From contig JAQCEL010000002.1 in NCBI GenBank assembly GCA_027618655.1, positions 884-64,883 of the forward strand: DNA of 64,000 bases, read 5' to 3'. Numbering within the stretch: position 1 is the first letter of the stretch; every line of letters begins with the position of its first letter. Below, piece after piece: positions 39,631 through 49,032 of the stretch. This DNA comes from Pseudomonadota bacterium (GTDB lineage: Bacteria > Pseudomonadota > Gammaproteobacteria > Ga0077536). The notes under the pieces are model-generated. The model was not told where the DNA came from. It worked only from the letters and a program-made list of their open reading frames with translations, and made no database searches. Both the position numbers and the translations under genes were made by a program.

Positions 39631-40133
39631 TGGATATCGACGTTAATGAATTGCTCGACGAAATGAGTCGAAATTTAGCGCAGAACCTGAGCGACGCGCA
39701 GTGCGAAAACCCACTCTTTGTCGGGGTGCGAACGGGTGGCGTATGGATCGCTCAACGTCTGCACGAACAACTGGGCGGCGATGGTCCATCGGGTGAACTA
39801 AATATCGCATTCTATCGGGACGACTTCAGTCGGATCGGATTGCATCCGACGGTAGAGCCGTCAAATCTGCCTTTCGATGTCAACGACAGAAATCTGATCC
39901 TGGTCGACGATATCTTGTACACCGGACGGACCATCCGCGCGGCGATGAACGAGATTTTTGACTATGGACGACCTGCGTCGATTCGCTTAGTCGTACTTGT
40001 TGAACGTGGCGGCCGCGAGTTGCCGATCCAGGCTGACGTGGTTGGGATGCGGCTTAGCTTGAAGGCGAGCGAACATGTTAAGCTTCACGGCCCAGACCCG
40101 TTGCGCTTAGAACTTTACAAAGCGAAGCCCTAA
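39630..40133 (+). CDS. pyrR: pyrimidine operon regulator / uracil phosphoribosyltransferase PyrR
   Basis: The ATG overlaps the ruvX stop (TAATG). PRPP-binding motif LILVDDILYTGRTIRAA is present. Confidence 0.9.
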   Translation: MDIDVNELLDEMSRNLAQNLSDAQCENPLFVGVRTGGVWIAQRLHEQLGGDGPSGELNIAFYRDDFSRIGLHPTVEPSNLPFDVNDRNLILVDDILYTGRTIRAAMNEIFDYGRPASIRLVVLVERGGRELPIQADVVGMRLSLKASEHVKLHGPDPLRLELYKAKP

Positions 40134-40212
40134 AGATTAAACGATTCATGAAGTATCGTTGCCTTTGCTACCCGCATGTCGTGGGCCGGTTCCCGCCCGC
40201 ACAAAATCAACT

Positions 40213-41178
40213 GTGAATATTCAGCTTGATAAACACGGTCGGCTGAAGCACTTTCTATCGATTGAAGGCCTACGACGAGAACTACTCGTCGATATCCTCG
40301 ATAGTGCGGAGCGCTTTGCGCCTGTGGGCGAGCGTGCCGTCAAAAATGTGCCGTTACTGCGGGGTAAAACCGTCGTAAATCTTTTTTTCGAACCTAGCAC
40401 GAGGACCCGTAGCACATTCGAACTAGCGGCCAAACGGCTATCCGCCGACATCATGAATTTGAATATCGAAGCGAGTGCGACAAGCAAGGGCGAGTCATTG
40501 TCGGATACTTTGCGAACCCTGGAAGCGATGAATTGCGATATGTTCGTCGTGCGGCATCAAAATAGTGGCGCCGCTGAATTTATCGCGAACCAAGTCGCGT
40601 CTCACATCAGCGTGATCAACGCAGGCGATGGGCGACACGCGCACCCGACGCAGGCGATGTTGGACATGTTGACCATCCGTCGCGCCAAGCAAAACTTCGA
40701 AGGCTTAGTCGTCGCTATCGTCGGCGACGTCAAACACTCACGGGTCGCGCGTTCTGAAATTCAAGCGTTAAATACCTTAGGCGTTGCCGAGGTGCGCGTC
40801 GTCGGTCCAAAAACCCTCATTCCGAGCCAGGTCGAAGCGCTCGGCACCAAAGTTTTTCATCAGATTGAGCGCGGCATTGCTGGTGCCGATGTCGTGATCA
40901 TGTTGAGATTGCAGAATGAACGCATGCAAAGCGCGCTGCTACCGAGCGCCCATGAATACTTTCAAGCCTACGGATTAACGGAGCGACGACTTAAATTGGC
41001 CGCAAGCGATGCCATTGTGATGCATCCCGGGCCGATTAATCGCGGTGTGGAAATCGATTCTGCTATTGCGGACGGTCCTCAATCCGTGATCCTGCAGCAA
41101 GTGAGCAATGGGATAGCGGTGCGCATGGCGGTGATGGCGATGGCCATCGGTACTCAGGCCATAGCGGGGGCGAACTGA
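40213..41178 (+). CDS. pyrB: aspartate carbamoyltransferase catalytic subunit (start uncertain: GTG at 40213, or TTG at 40159 or 40165)
   Basis: Carries the STRTR and HPTQ motifs and [10 protein letters not shown] at the N-terminus. The reading frame is open from 40159. Confidence 0.88.
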   Translation: MNIQLDKHGRLKHFLSIEGLRRELLVDILDSAERFAPVGERAVKNVPLLRGKTVVNLFFEPSTRTRSTFELAAKRLSADIMNLNIEASATSKGESLSDTLRTLEAMNCDMFVVRHQNSGAAEFIANQVASHISVINAGDGRHAHPTQAMLDMLTIRRAKQNFEGLVVAIVGDVKHSRVARSEIQALNTLGVAEVRVVGPKTLIPSQVEALGTKVFHQIERGIAGADVVIMLRLQNERMQSALLPSAHEYFQAYGLTERRLKLAASDAIVMHPGPINRGVEIDSAIADGPQSVILQQVSNGIAVRMAVMAMAIGTQAIAGAN

Positions 41179-41179
41179 G

Positions 41180-42460
41180 ATGTCGCTATGTCTAAGTGGC
41201 GGTAGGGTAATCGATCCGGCATCGAATACGGACAAGACCGCGAATTTGTATATTGATGGCGGTCGGATCTTGAGCATCGGACGTCCTCCGTCGGGATTTT
41301 CCCCTGCACAAACAATCGATGTAAGCGGCCAAGTGGTCTGTCCGGGTTTCGTAGAACTCAGTGCCCACCTGCGCGAACCTGGCTACGAGTATAAAGCGAC
41401 CATCATGAACGAATGTAGGGCCGCGGTCGCGGGTGGTTTTACGAGTATTTGCTGTACGCCAGACACCCAACCCGTTGCTGACAATGCGTCCGTCGTGGAA
41501 CACATCAAGCAACATGCTCGACGCGCGCGCTCCGCGAAAGTTTACTGTATCGGCGCGTTAACCCGAGGACTCGAAGGCAACGTTCTTGCGGAAATGCATG
41601 CGCTTAAAGAAAGCGGCTGCATCGCAGTGACTAATGGCGATCGCGCGGTGGCTGACACCTCGGTGCTCCGCCAGGCGCTAGCCTATGCAGCAAGTTGCGA
41701 GCTAGCCGTTATCCTTCGTCCACTCGAACACTGGCTCGGGCGCGAGGGGAAAATGCATGAGGGCGCAGTCAGCACTCGGCTAGGGATACCTGGGCTTCCG
41801 GAAGCCGAAGAAGTTATTGCCGTTAGTCGTGATCTGATACTTGTCGAAGAAACCGGCGTACGCGCACATTTCAGTCGGCTCTCGAGTAGTCGGTCTGTCG
41901 CCTTGATTACGCGCGCGCGCCGCGCTGGTGTGCCAGTTACCGCAGACGTCGCGCTCGCTAATTTGCTTTATACGGATCGAAACGTTGGTGCCTACGACAC
42001 AAATTTTCATTTTTACCCGCCGTTACGCGAAGCCAAGGATCGCACGCGGTTACGCGCTGCGGTAAGAAAACGCGAAATCGAAGCGATCTGTGGAAATCAT
42101 GAACCTCATGATGCTGATGCCAAGGCGACACCTTTCAGTCTCTCGGCACCTGGTATCTCTACGTTTGACACGTTTCTTCCGGCACTTTTGTCGCTTGTCA
42201 ATCGTGGCGTATGTGGGTTAAGCACTGCAATCGCTGCGGTTAGCCAAGCGCCGAGCGAAATTCTCGACCTCGGCGCAGGCACTCTAGCATCAGGAGCGCC
42301 AGCCGATGTCTGTGTATTTGATCCCGATCTCCAATGGGCTGCAAGCGCCAGCAATTTGCGCAGTAGCGGCAAAAACACGCCCTTCTTAAACCAAACCTTA
42401 CGCGGCAGGGCGACCATGACCTTGGTTGGCGGCCGCGTGGTGTACAGTCTTGGTAGCTAA
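41180..42460 (+). CDS. pyrC': dihydroorotase-like protein with degenerate active site (PyrC'-type)
   Basis: 426 aa, 1 nt after pyrB. It has the DHOase fold, but the HxH motif reads SAH (VELSAHLREPG) and later metal or catalytic positions are substituted (TNGD, FSRLSS, ALANLL, GNHEPH). Confidence 0.8.
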   Translation: MSLCLSGGRVIDPASNTDKTANLYIDGGRILSIGRPPSGFSPAQTIDVSGQVVCPGFVELSAHLREPGYEYKATIMNECRAAVAGGFTSICCTPDTQPVADNASVVEHIKQHARRARSAKVYCIGALTRGLEGNVLAEMHALKESGCIAVTNGDRAVADTSVLRQALAYAASCELAVILRPLEHWLGREGKMHEGAVSTRLGIPGLPEAEEVIAVSRDLILVEETGVRAHFSRLSSSRSVALITRARRAGVPVTADVALANLLYTDRNVGAYDTNFHFYPPLREAKDRTRLRAAVRKREIEAICGNHEPHDADAKATPFSLSAPGISTFDTFLPALLSLVNRGVCGLSTAIAAVSQAPSEILDLGAGTLASGAPADVCVFDPDLQWAASASNLRSSGKNTPFLNQTLRGRATMTLVGGRVVYSLGS

Positions 42461-43322
42461 CCATCGCGACTCGATTCTAGTTGAGCAAGGAGAAGTGGTA
42501 ACCAACGCTGCCTTCGATGGCGCACAACACGTCATGCGTGTTCGCGCGCCGCGGATCGCCGAGCGCGCCGTCCCAGGGCAGTTTGTGCATGTGCGATGTG
42601 CACCTGATCTGTTGATGCGCCGACCCATGTCCATCATGCGAGTCAGCGTTCGAGAAGGCTGGATCGAGCTATTGTTTAAGAACCACGGTCTCGGAACGCG
42701 CCACCTTGGCGAACGTCGCCCCGGTGATCCCTTGAGTATGATCGGACCGATCGGGAAGCCGTTTAAGACCCAAGCTTATCGGCGACGACCGCTACTCATA
42801 GGCGGCGGAGTCGGTATTCCTCCGATGATATTTCTAGCGGATCAACTTCGCCAACATCCAGTCGTGAGTTTCGTCATCATGGGCTCCGAGGTGCCATTCC
42901 CGTTCCCGATTAAACCGTCGCAAATTATGGTTCCTGGGGTCCCGGCAGAAGCGATAGGTGCGATGCCGCTGCTCGAAGATTGGCGTGTGGCGAGTCGCTT
43001 AGCAAGCCGCCAGGGATATGCTGGTTGCTTCGACGGCCTTGTCACTGAGCTCGCGGCGCAATGGATCGAGCATCGCGAAAAGGCTGCACGTGAGGAGATC
43101 GAGATTTTCGCCTGCGGCCCGACGCCCATGCTGAAAGCCGTTGCCGAACTCGCGGCACACTACGACTTGCCGTGTCAAATCTCACTCGAGGAATACATGG
43201 CGTGTGCGGTTGGCGGATGTGCCGGATGTGCCGTTCGCGTGCACACAAACGAAGGACCGGCGATGAAGAGAGTTTGTGTCGATGGTCCCGTATTCGAAGC
43301 AAGCGATGTGGTGTTTGGTTGA
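42426..43322 (+). CDS. PyrK-like FAD/NAD(P)-binding iron-sulfur flavoprotein (start uncertain)
   Basis: Carries RRPMSI (FAD), the GGGVGIPPM nucleotide-binding loop, and a C-terminal 2Fe-2S cysteine cluster MACAVGGCAGCAV...RVCVDGPVF, as in dihydroorotate dehydrogenase electron-transfer subunits. Confidence 0.7.
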   Translation: MAAAWCTVLVANHRDSILVEQGEVVTNAAFDGAQHVMRVRAPRIAERAVPGQFVHVRCAPDLLMRRPMSIMRVSVREGWIELLFKNHGLGTRHLGERRPGDPLSMIGPIGKPFKTQAYRRRPLLIGGGVGIPPMIFLADQLRQHPVVSFVIMGSEVPFPFPIKPSQIMVPGVPAEAIGAMPLLEDWRVASRLASRQGYAGCFDGLVTELAAQWIEHREKAAREEIEIFACGPTPMLKAVAELAAHYDLPCQISLEEYMACAVGGCAGCAVRVHTNEGPAMKRVCVDGPVFEASDVVFG

Positions 43323-43346
43323 TAGTGACGCAGCATAGCTGACACT

Positions 43347-44021
43347 TTGATCGTGAACGGCAGCAACACGTCGCGTTCGGTGACTAGTAACCAACCAGGC
43401 GTACATCGCGATCTTGTGGACATCGTAAAAAGACATCACGACCACGAATATCGGCGTCCCATTGCACCACACAGCCAAAACGCATTCGCGAAACTCGACC
43501 GACTCGTCAATGTGCACGGCGGACCGATAGTACTCGATTCGGGCTGCGGAACGAGCGAGTCCTCGCAGCATTTAGCCCGTGCTTACCCTCAGCATCTGGT
43601 GATCGGAATCGATAAGAGCAGCGCGCGTTTAGCGCGCTCAATGCAAGACCGAAACCTTGAAAATCTTTGCCTTTCGCGCGCCGATTGCGTCGACCTTTGG
43701 CGCTTAGCGGCTGCCCGACAATGGCCGATCTCGCACCATTTTCTGCTTTATCCAAACCCCTGGCCGAAAGCTAAACACTTACAACGCCGCTGGCATGGCC
43801 ATCCGGTGTTCGGCGCCCTGACTGCACTTGGTGGGATATTGGAATTGCGCAGTAACTGGAAGACCTACATCGCGGAGTTCGAACTCGCCTTAACGACTTT
43901 AGGATTCGCAAGCGACGGTCTGAAAGAATACTTCGCATGCGTGCCGAGCAGCGCGTTCGAACGAAAATACCAGGCAAGTGGCCACGACTTGTATCGCTTG
44001 ACCGCTCAATTATCTATTTAA
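43347..44021 (+). CDS. SAM-dependent methyltransferase, TrmB/Methyltransf_4-like
   Basis: Carries the VLDSGCGTSES SAM loop and LLYPNPWPKAKHLQRRW, which resembles the TrmB FPDPWPKKRHHKRR block. Confidence 0.6.
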   Translation: MIVNGSNTSRSVTSNQPGVHRDLVDIVKRHHDHEYRRPIAPHSQNAFAKLDRLVNVHGGPIVLDSGCGTSESSQHLARAYPQHLVIGIDKSSARLARSMQDRNLENLCLSRADCVDLWRLAAARQWPISHHFLLYPNPWPKAKHLQRRWHGHPVFGALTALGGILELRSNWKTYIAEFELALTTLGFASDGLKEYFACVPSSAFERKYQASGHDLYRLTAQLSI

Positions 44022-44428
44022 GGCTGCGCGCTGGGGAGCAGATCGCTGCTTGCCAATGAACGAGATAATTGATCGTGATCGAATCCGACGATGACTTCGT
44101 CGCCTAAATAAATAATAGGAATGCCCTTATGCGCGCTGCGTTCGTATAGCGCCGCCCCGCGCGTGGATAACTCGATGTCCCACTCGCAATAGTTTACGTT
44201 GTTGGCAACAAAAAAATTGCGTGCGGCGCGGCAGTACCGACACCAACTAGCACTTAGCATGACAACATCCACGGTCTCTTCGGCAGCCTCGCTCGCGCAT
44301 TGGACTGCTGCAACAGCAGCTGGCCGCAATATTTTTGTCGCTGCCATGAATAGCACGACGATCACTAGCAATGGCAGCCAAGATTTCGTGCTTGATGAAG
44401 CGATTAGGGTTTCGCGTTCGGTGTCCAT
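44018..44428 (-). CDS. membrane-anchored glutaredoxin-like protein
   Basis: 136 aa with an N-terminal TM helix (WLPLLVIVVLFMAA), CxxC WCRYC and a Grx-like GIPIIYLGDEVIVGF. Confidence 0.6.
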   Translation of the reverse strand: MDTERETLIASSSTKSWLPLLVIVVLFMAATKILRPAAVAAVQCASEAAEETVDVVMLSASWCRYCRAARNFFVANNVNYCEWDIELSTRGAALYERSAHKGIPIIYLGDEVIVGFDHDQLSRSLASSDLLPSAQP

Positions 44429-44817
44429 TGGTAATGACTCAGATCGATGCAGCGTCTGTTATCGAAGGCCACGCCTTCCGATTCAAGCAACACTAATTGG
44501 AATTCTACGGCGTCCGGATCGGCGCGCGGGCTCAACTCCCCTTTCGCGTTTACCACCCGATGCCACGGGATATCGGAGTCAGCTGGCAATGCAGCGAGCG
44601 CGTAGCCGACTTGGCGTGCGCCGCTCGGTCCGGCAAGTTGTGCAAGCATCGCTACCTGGCCGTAAGTCACCACTTTTCCGCACGGGATAGTTGCGACCAC
44701 TGCCCACACGCGCGCGTTGCGATTTACGCGCTGAGTCGGCGCGCTGGCGCTACTCTTGCTTGAGCGATACTTAACCGAAGTTGATTCGTGCTTCGAGATT
44801 GGTTCGCGAGTCGGCAT
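44404..44817 (-). CDS. alkyltransferase-like protein (ATL; MGMT DNA-binding domain without the acceptor Cys)
   Basis: 137 aa. RVWAVVATIPCGKVVTYGQVA and IPWHRVVN follow the pattern of E. coli YbaZ/ATL (PWHRV in place of PCHRV). Confidence 0.8.
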   Translation of the reverse strand: MPTREPISKHESTSVKYRSSKSSASAPTQRVNRNARVWAVVATIPCGKVVTYGQVAMLAQLAGPSGARQVGYALAALPADSDIPWHRVVNAKGELSPRADPDAVEFQLVLLESEGVAFDNRRCIDLSHYQWTPNAKP

Positions 44818-45829
44818 TGCTTAATGCCTCTTCAAGATCAATACGCTCTTCTTTGTAAAGCTTATATAAGGCCATGTCGAAGGTTTGCATGCCCTTTGCA
44901 CCACTTTGCTCCATTGCTTCTTTAAGGTCACCGATATTACCTTTAAGGATGAGATCAGCAATATGTGGTGTGTTGATTAGTATTTCAATCGCTGCGACTC
45001 GTCGGCCATCGACCGATTGGACTAGACGCTGAGAAATTACTGCCCGAACGTTTAGCGACAGGTCGAGAAATAGCTGCTTGTGTAAATCTTGTGTGAAGAG
45101 GTTGATCACTCGTTCCATTGCTTGGTTTGCGTTATTCGCATGTAAAGTCGACATACACAGGTGACCCGTGTTGCAGAGTTCCAGTGCCGCCTCCATCGTT
45201 TCACGATCACGTATCTCACCGATCAAAATGACATCGGGTGCTTCACGCAGCGATGAGCGCAAGGCATTACGATAAGTCGCTGTGTCGACCCCAACTTCGC
45301 GCTGGTTAATTATCGATTTTAAGTTCGGATGAGAAAACTCGATGGGATCTTCAATTGTGAGAATATGACCCGTCATTTTCTGATTTCGTTCGTTCACCAT
45401 GGCGGCTAAGGTCGTAGATTTTCCGGAACCCGTAGCGCCCACCATGAGAATCAAACCGCGTTTGTGCATAACCAACGGTTTAAGCACCTCGGGCAAATCC
45501 AATTCGTCGATGGTCGGAATTTGCGACGGAATTCGCCGTAAAACCATGCTCGTCTCACCGCGTTGACGAAAAACATTAACGCGAAACCGAACGGACTTAT
45601 CAGGCAACGAAATCGCGAAATCGCACTCCATGGTGTCTTCAAACCGGTTAATTTGGCTTTCGGTCATGATCCCATAGGCAGCAGCCTTCGAGAGTTCGCC
45701 AGTCAAAACTGTTTTACCGACGGAATTAACTTGTCCCTCTATTTTAATTTTGACCGGCGAGCCAACGCTAAAGAACAAGTCTGAACCTTCTTTATCACGC
45801 AGCAGTTTTAGATAGGGCGTAATATCCAT
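44771..45829 (-). CDS. PilT-family hexameric ATPase, second PilU-like paralog
   Basis: 352 aa with Walker A GATGSGKST, Walker B ILIGEIRD and the His box STLHANNANQAMERV (PilU-type). It lacks the PilT AIRNLIRE motif (HIADLILKG instead). Confidence 0.8.
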   Translation of the reverse strand: MDITPYLKLLRDKEGSDLFFSVGSPVKIKIEGQVNSVGKTVLTGELSKAAAYGIMTESQINRFEDTMECDFAISLPDKSVRFRVNVFRQRGETSMVLRRIPSQIPTIDELDLPEVLKPLVMHKRGLILMVGATGSGKSTTLAAMVNERNQKMTGHILTIEDPIEFSHPNLKSIINQREVGVDTATYRNALRSSLREAPDVILIGEIRDRETMEAALELCNTGHLCMSTLHANNANQAMERVINLFTQDLHKQLFLDLSLNVRAVISQRLVQSVDGRRVAAIEILINTPHIADLILKGNIGDLKEAMEQSGAKGMQTFDMALYKLYKEERIDLEEALSNADSRTNLEARINFG

Positions 45830-45832
45830 GGC

Positions 45833-46999
45833 TTATCGAAGCAGACCGCTTTGTTCTTCCGATTCTTCCAGAGAAAGATGATCCAAGCCTTCCAACTTGT
45901 CACTGTGTTTCGCCGCTTTGCCTTCGAGCTTGATGCGTAAGCGCAATTCGTTCATCGAGTCGGCGTTGCGTAATGCGTCTTCGTAGGTAATCAGGTCGTC
46001 CTCGTAGAGATCGAATAAAGCTTGGTCGAAGGTCTTCATCCCCAGTTCGTTTGATTTCGACATGATGGTCTTAATTTCGTGGACTTCGCCTTTGAGTATC
46101 AGGTCAGCGATTAACGGCGAGTTCAACAGGACTTCAATAGCCGCTACTCGGCCGACGCCGTTGGTGTGCTTGAGCAAGCGTTGCGAGACGAGACCCTTGA
46201 GATTGAGGGATAGATCCATCAGGAGTTGATTGCGCCGCTCTTCTGGGAAAAAGTTGATAATTCTGTCGAGCGCTTGGTTTGCACTATTCGCGTGCAGAGT
46301 CGCCATTGCGAGGTGCCCGGTTTCGGCAAACGTAATGCCGAATTCCATCGTTTCCCGATCGCGTATTTCACCGAGCAAGATCACGTCCGGCGCTTGGCGC
46401 AGCGTATTCTTCAAAGCAATTTCCCAATCGTCACAGTCGACCCCGATTTCGCGTTGCATGATGATGCAGTTTTTATGCGGGTGAACGTATTCGATCGGAT
46501 CCTCTATCGTAATAATGTGGCCGTAACTGTTTTCGTTGCGATGGTTAATTATTGCCGCCAAGGACGTTGATTTACCGGACCCTGTACCGCCAACCATGAT
46601 GACCAATCCGCGTTTCGTCATAGCAATGTCTTTCATTACTGGCGGAAGGCCTAGTTGGTCAATGGTCGGTACATCCGTCTCAATTGTCCGCAACACCATG
46701 CCGGTATAGGACTGCTGGATGAACGCGTTAACGCGAAAACGTCCAATTCCAGCCGGCGCGACCGCAAAATTACATTCCTTCGTCGCCTCAAATTCTTTTA
46801 ATTGGCGGTCGTTCATGATCGCGTAGGCCAAGGCCTTCGAGTTTTCGGAAGTGAGTTTCGTTTTCGAAACGGGCGTAACTTTGCCGTCTATTTTAATCGC
46901 TGGAGGAAAATCGACGGTGATAAATAGGTCGGAGCCCCTTTTATCGACCATCAACTTGAGCAGGTCACGCATGTACTTAATAGCTTGTTCGCGTTCCAT
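45833..46999 (-). CDS. pilU: type IV pilus ATPase PilU
   Basis: 388 aa with GGTGSGKST, TLHANSANQALDRI and LIADLILKG. It lies immediately downstream of pilT. Confidence 0.85.
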   Translation of the reverse strand: MEREQAIKYMRDLLKLMVDKRGSDLFITVDFPPAIKIDGKVTPVSKTKLTSENSKALAYAIMNDRQLKEFEATKECNFAVAPAGIGRFRVNAFIQQSYTGMVLRTIETDVPTIDQLGLPPVMKDIAMTKRGLVIMVGGTGSGKSTSLAAIINHRNENSYGHIITIEDPIEYVHPHKNCIIMQREIGVDCDDWEIALKNTLRQAPDVILLGEIRDRETMEFGITFAETGHLAMATLHANSANQALDRIINFFPEERRNQLLMDLSLNLKGLVSQRLLKHTNGVGRVAAIEVLLNSPLIADLILKGEVHEIKTIMSKSNELGMKTFDQALFDLYEDDLITYEDALRNADSMNELRLRIKLEGKAAKHSDKLEGLDHLSLEESEEQSGLLR

Positions 47000-47034
47000 C
47001 TGAGGCCTCTTCTAACTATCTGTGGGCGACGGTT

Positions 47035-48069
47035 CTAGATATTGTCTTTATTCGACGCCTTCGATTGTGCTTCGCTGCGCGAGACGATGCCTTGTTTCAC
47101 GAGCTGCTGCAGACATTGATCCAAGGTTTGCATACCAAATTGTTGTCCGGTTTGGATCGCAGAATACATCTGGGCGATTTTATTTTCTCGGATCAAGTTT
47201 CGTATTGCTGGCGTACCGATCATGATTTCATGTGCAGCGACTCGCCCGCCGCCATTCTTTTTCATTAAGGTTTGGGATATGACGGCACGCAAGCTCTCCG
47301 AGAGCATCGCCCTGACCATATCTTTTTCCTGGGCAGGAAAAACGTCGACGACTCGGTCTATCGTTTTCGCAGCCGAGCTAGTGTGCAATGTCCCGAAGAC
47401 CAGATGGCCAGTCTCAGCAGCGGATAATGCCAAGCGGATAGTTTCAAGATCGCGCATTTCACCGACAAGGATCGTGTCCGGATCTTCGCGCAGCGCCGAG
47501 CGCAACGCCTCGTTAAAACCGAGCGTATCGCGGTGGACTTCGCGTTGGTTGATTAAGCATTTCTTGCTTTGGTGGACGAATTCGATCGGGTCTTCGATGG
47601 TTAGGATATGCCCGTATTCGGTCTCGTTTTTGTGATTAACCATTGCGGCTAAGGTGGTGGATTTTCCGGATCCGGTCGGACCAGTCACCAACACAACACC
47701 GCGCGGTATCTCAGATATTTCTTTAAAAATATTCGGCGCACCAAGATCTTCCAGACTTAGAATCTCGGATGGAATAGTTCGGAAGACGGCGCCAGCGCCG
47801 CGGTTTTGATTAAACGCGTTGACCCGAAAACGAGCCAGCCCAGGGATCTCAAACGAAAAATCGCACTCCCAGAACTCTTCATAATCCTTACGTTGCTTGT
47901 CGTTCATGATGTCGTAGACGAGGTCGTGCACTTCCGTGTGATCCATTGCTGGCACGTTGATTCTGCGCACGTCGCCGTCGACTCGAATCATTGGCGGCAA
48001 GCCGGCCGATAAATGTAGATCTGAGCAACCGTTTTTCACGCCAAAGGCGAGAAGTTCACCAATATCCAT
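47035..48069 (-). CDS. pilT: type IV pilus retraction ATPase PilT
   Basis: 344 aa with GPTGSGKST, TLHTSSAAKTIDRV and the diagnostic AIRNLIRENK motif. Confidence 0.95.
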   Translation of the reverse strand: MDIGELLAFGVKNGCSDLHLSAGLPPMIRVDGDVRRINVPAMDHTEVHDLVYDIMNDKQRKDYEEFWECDFSFEIPGLARFRVNAFNQNRGAGAVFRTIPSEILSLEDLGAPNIFKEISEIPRGVVLVTGPTGSGKSTTLAAMVNHKNETEYGHILTIEDPIEFVHQSKKCLINQREVHRDTLGFNEALRSALREDPDTILVGEMRDLETIRLALSAAETGHLVFGTLHTSSAAKTIDRVVDVFPAQEKDMVRAMLSESLRAVISQTLMKKNGGGRVAAHEIMIGTPAIRNLIRENKIAQMYSAIQTGQQFGMQTLDQCLQQLVKQGIVSRSEAQSKASNKDNI

Positions 48070-48289
48070 GGCACCCCCTTGAAGATGCGAGTCAAATTAC
48101 TATGATTGGCTTAACCATCATGGCAGCCTAGCGCTGCAGTGCCGGAAGATCACGCCGACCTAGTTACGCGCAAATGGAACGCGCAAGATATTCATCTAGA
48201 TTCAAACTTTAGCAAGTAACTACCCGTATTGTCATGCAAAATCCACTACAATGCGGCCAGCGAGTATAACCTACGCCAAGATCTTAGTT

Positions 48290-48967
48290 ATGACCGATTC
48301 GACGATTTGCTACGAGAACATACGTCACCGGATTGCCTTGGCCGCGATTACGGCCGGACGCGCGGCGCAGGATGTACGGTTATTAGCGGTAAGCAAACGC
48401 CAATCTGTAACCGCTATTCAGAAGATTGCAACACTTGGGCAACGCGAATTCGGTGAAAATTATCTCCAAGAAGCGCAAACCAAAATAGCCGACCTCGCTA
48501 GCTTGAACCTGACATGGCACTACATTGGCCGGCTCCAATCAAATAAAACCCGACTCGTGTCCAGCTTGTTTGATTGGGTACACAGTGTCGATCGAATAAA
48601 AATTGCCGAACGCTTGGACCAGCAACGACCAGAACAGTCTGCGCCTTTGAATATCTGTGTCGAGGTCAATATTAGTGGGGAGCCGCGTAAAGGCGGTATC
48701 GCCGTCGACGAAGTACCTGGGTTTATTGAATCCTTGGCGGCCTTCGATCGCTTAAGGGTGCGCGGATTGATGGCGCTACCAGCCCCTAACGCCGACCTCG
48801 CAAGCCAACGTGCTGCCTTTCGCTTAATGTTCGAGACGCTTCGCAAGCTAAACCAGCCGTCGATCACTGATTTATCGATGGGCACATCAGACGACTTTGA
48901 AGCGGCGATCGCCGAAGGCGCAACAATCGTGCGTGTCGGCACCGCGTTGTTTGGTCAACGTGTGTGA
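48290..48967 (+). CDS. yggS: YggS-family PLP-binding protein
   Basis: Carries the LLAVSKRQ PLP-lysine motif and a C-terminal SMGTSDDFEAAI...VRVGTALFG. The start is taken at the ATG at 48290. Confidence 0.9.
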   Translation: MTDSTICYENIRHRIALAAITAGRAAQDVRLLAVSKRQSVTAIQKIATLGQREFGENYLQEAQTKIADLASLNLTWHYIGRLQSNKTRLVSSLFDWVHSVDRIKIAERLDQQRPEQSAPLNICVEVNISGEPRKGGIAVDEVPGFIESLAAFDRLRVRGLMALPAPNADLASQRAAFRLMFETLRKLNQPSITDLSMGTSDDFEAAIAEGATIVRVGTALFGQRV

Positions 48968-49032
48968 TAACAATGTACGCGAAACGGGACCGTTATTTAA
49001 CTCGACCGCGATTCCAGGTAACGTAATCGCCC

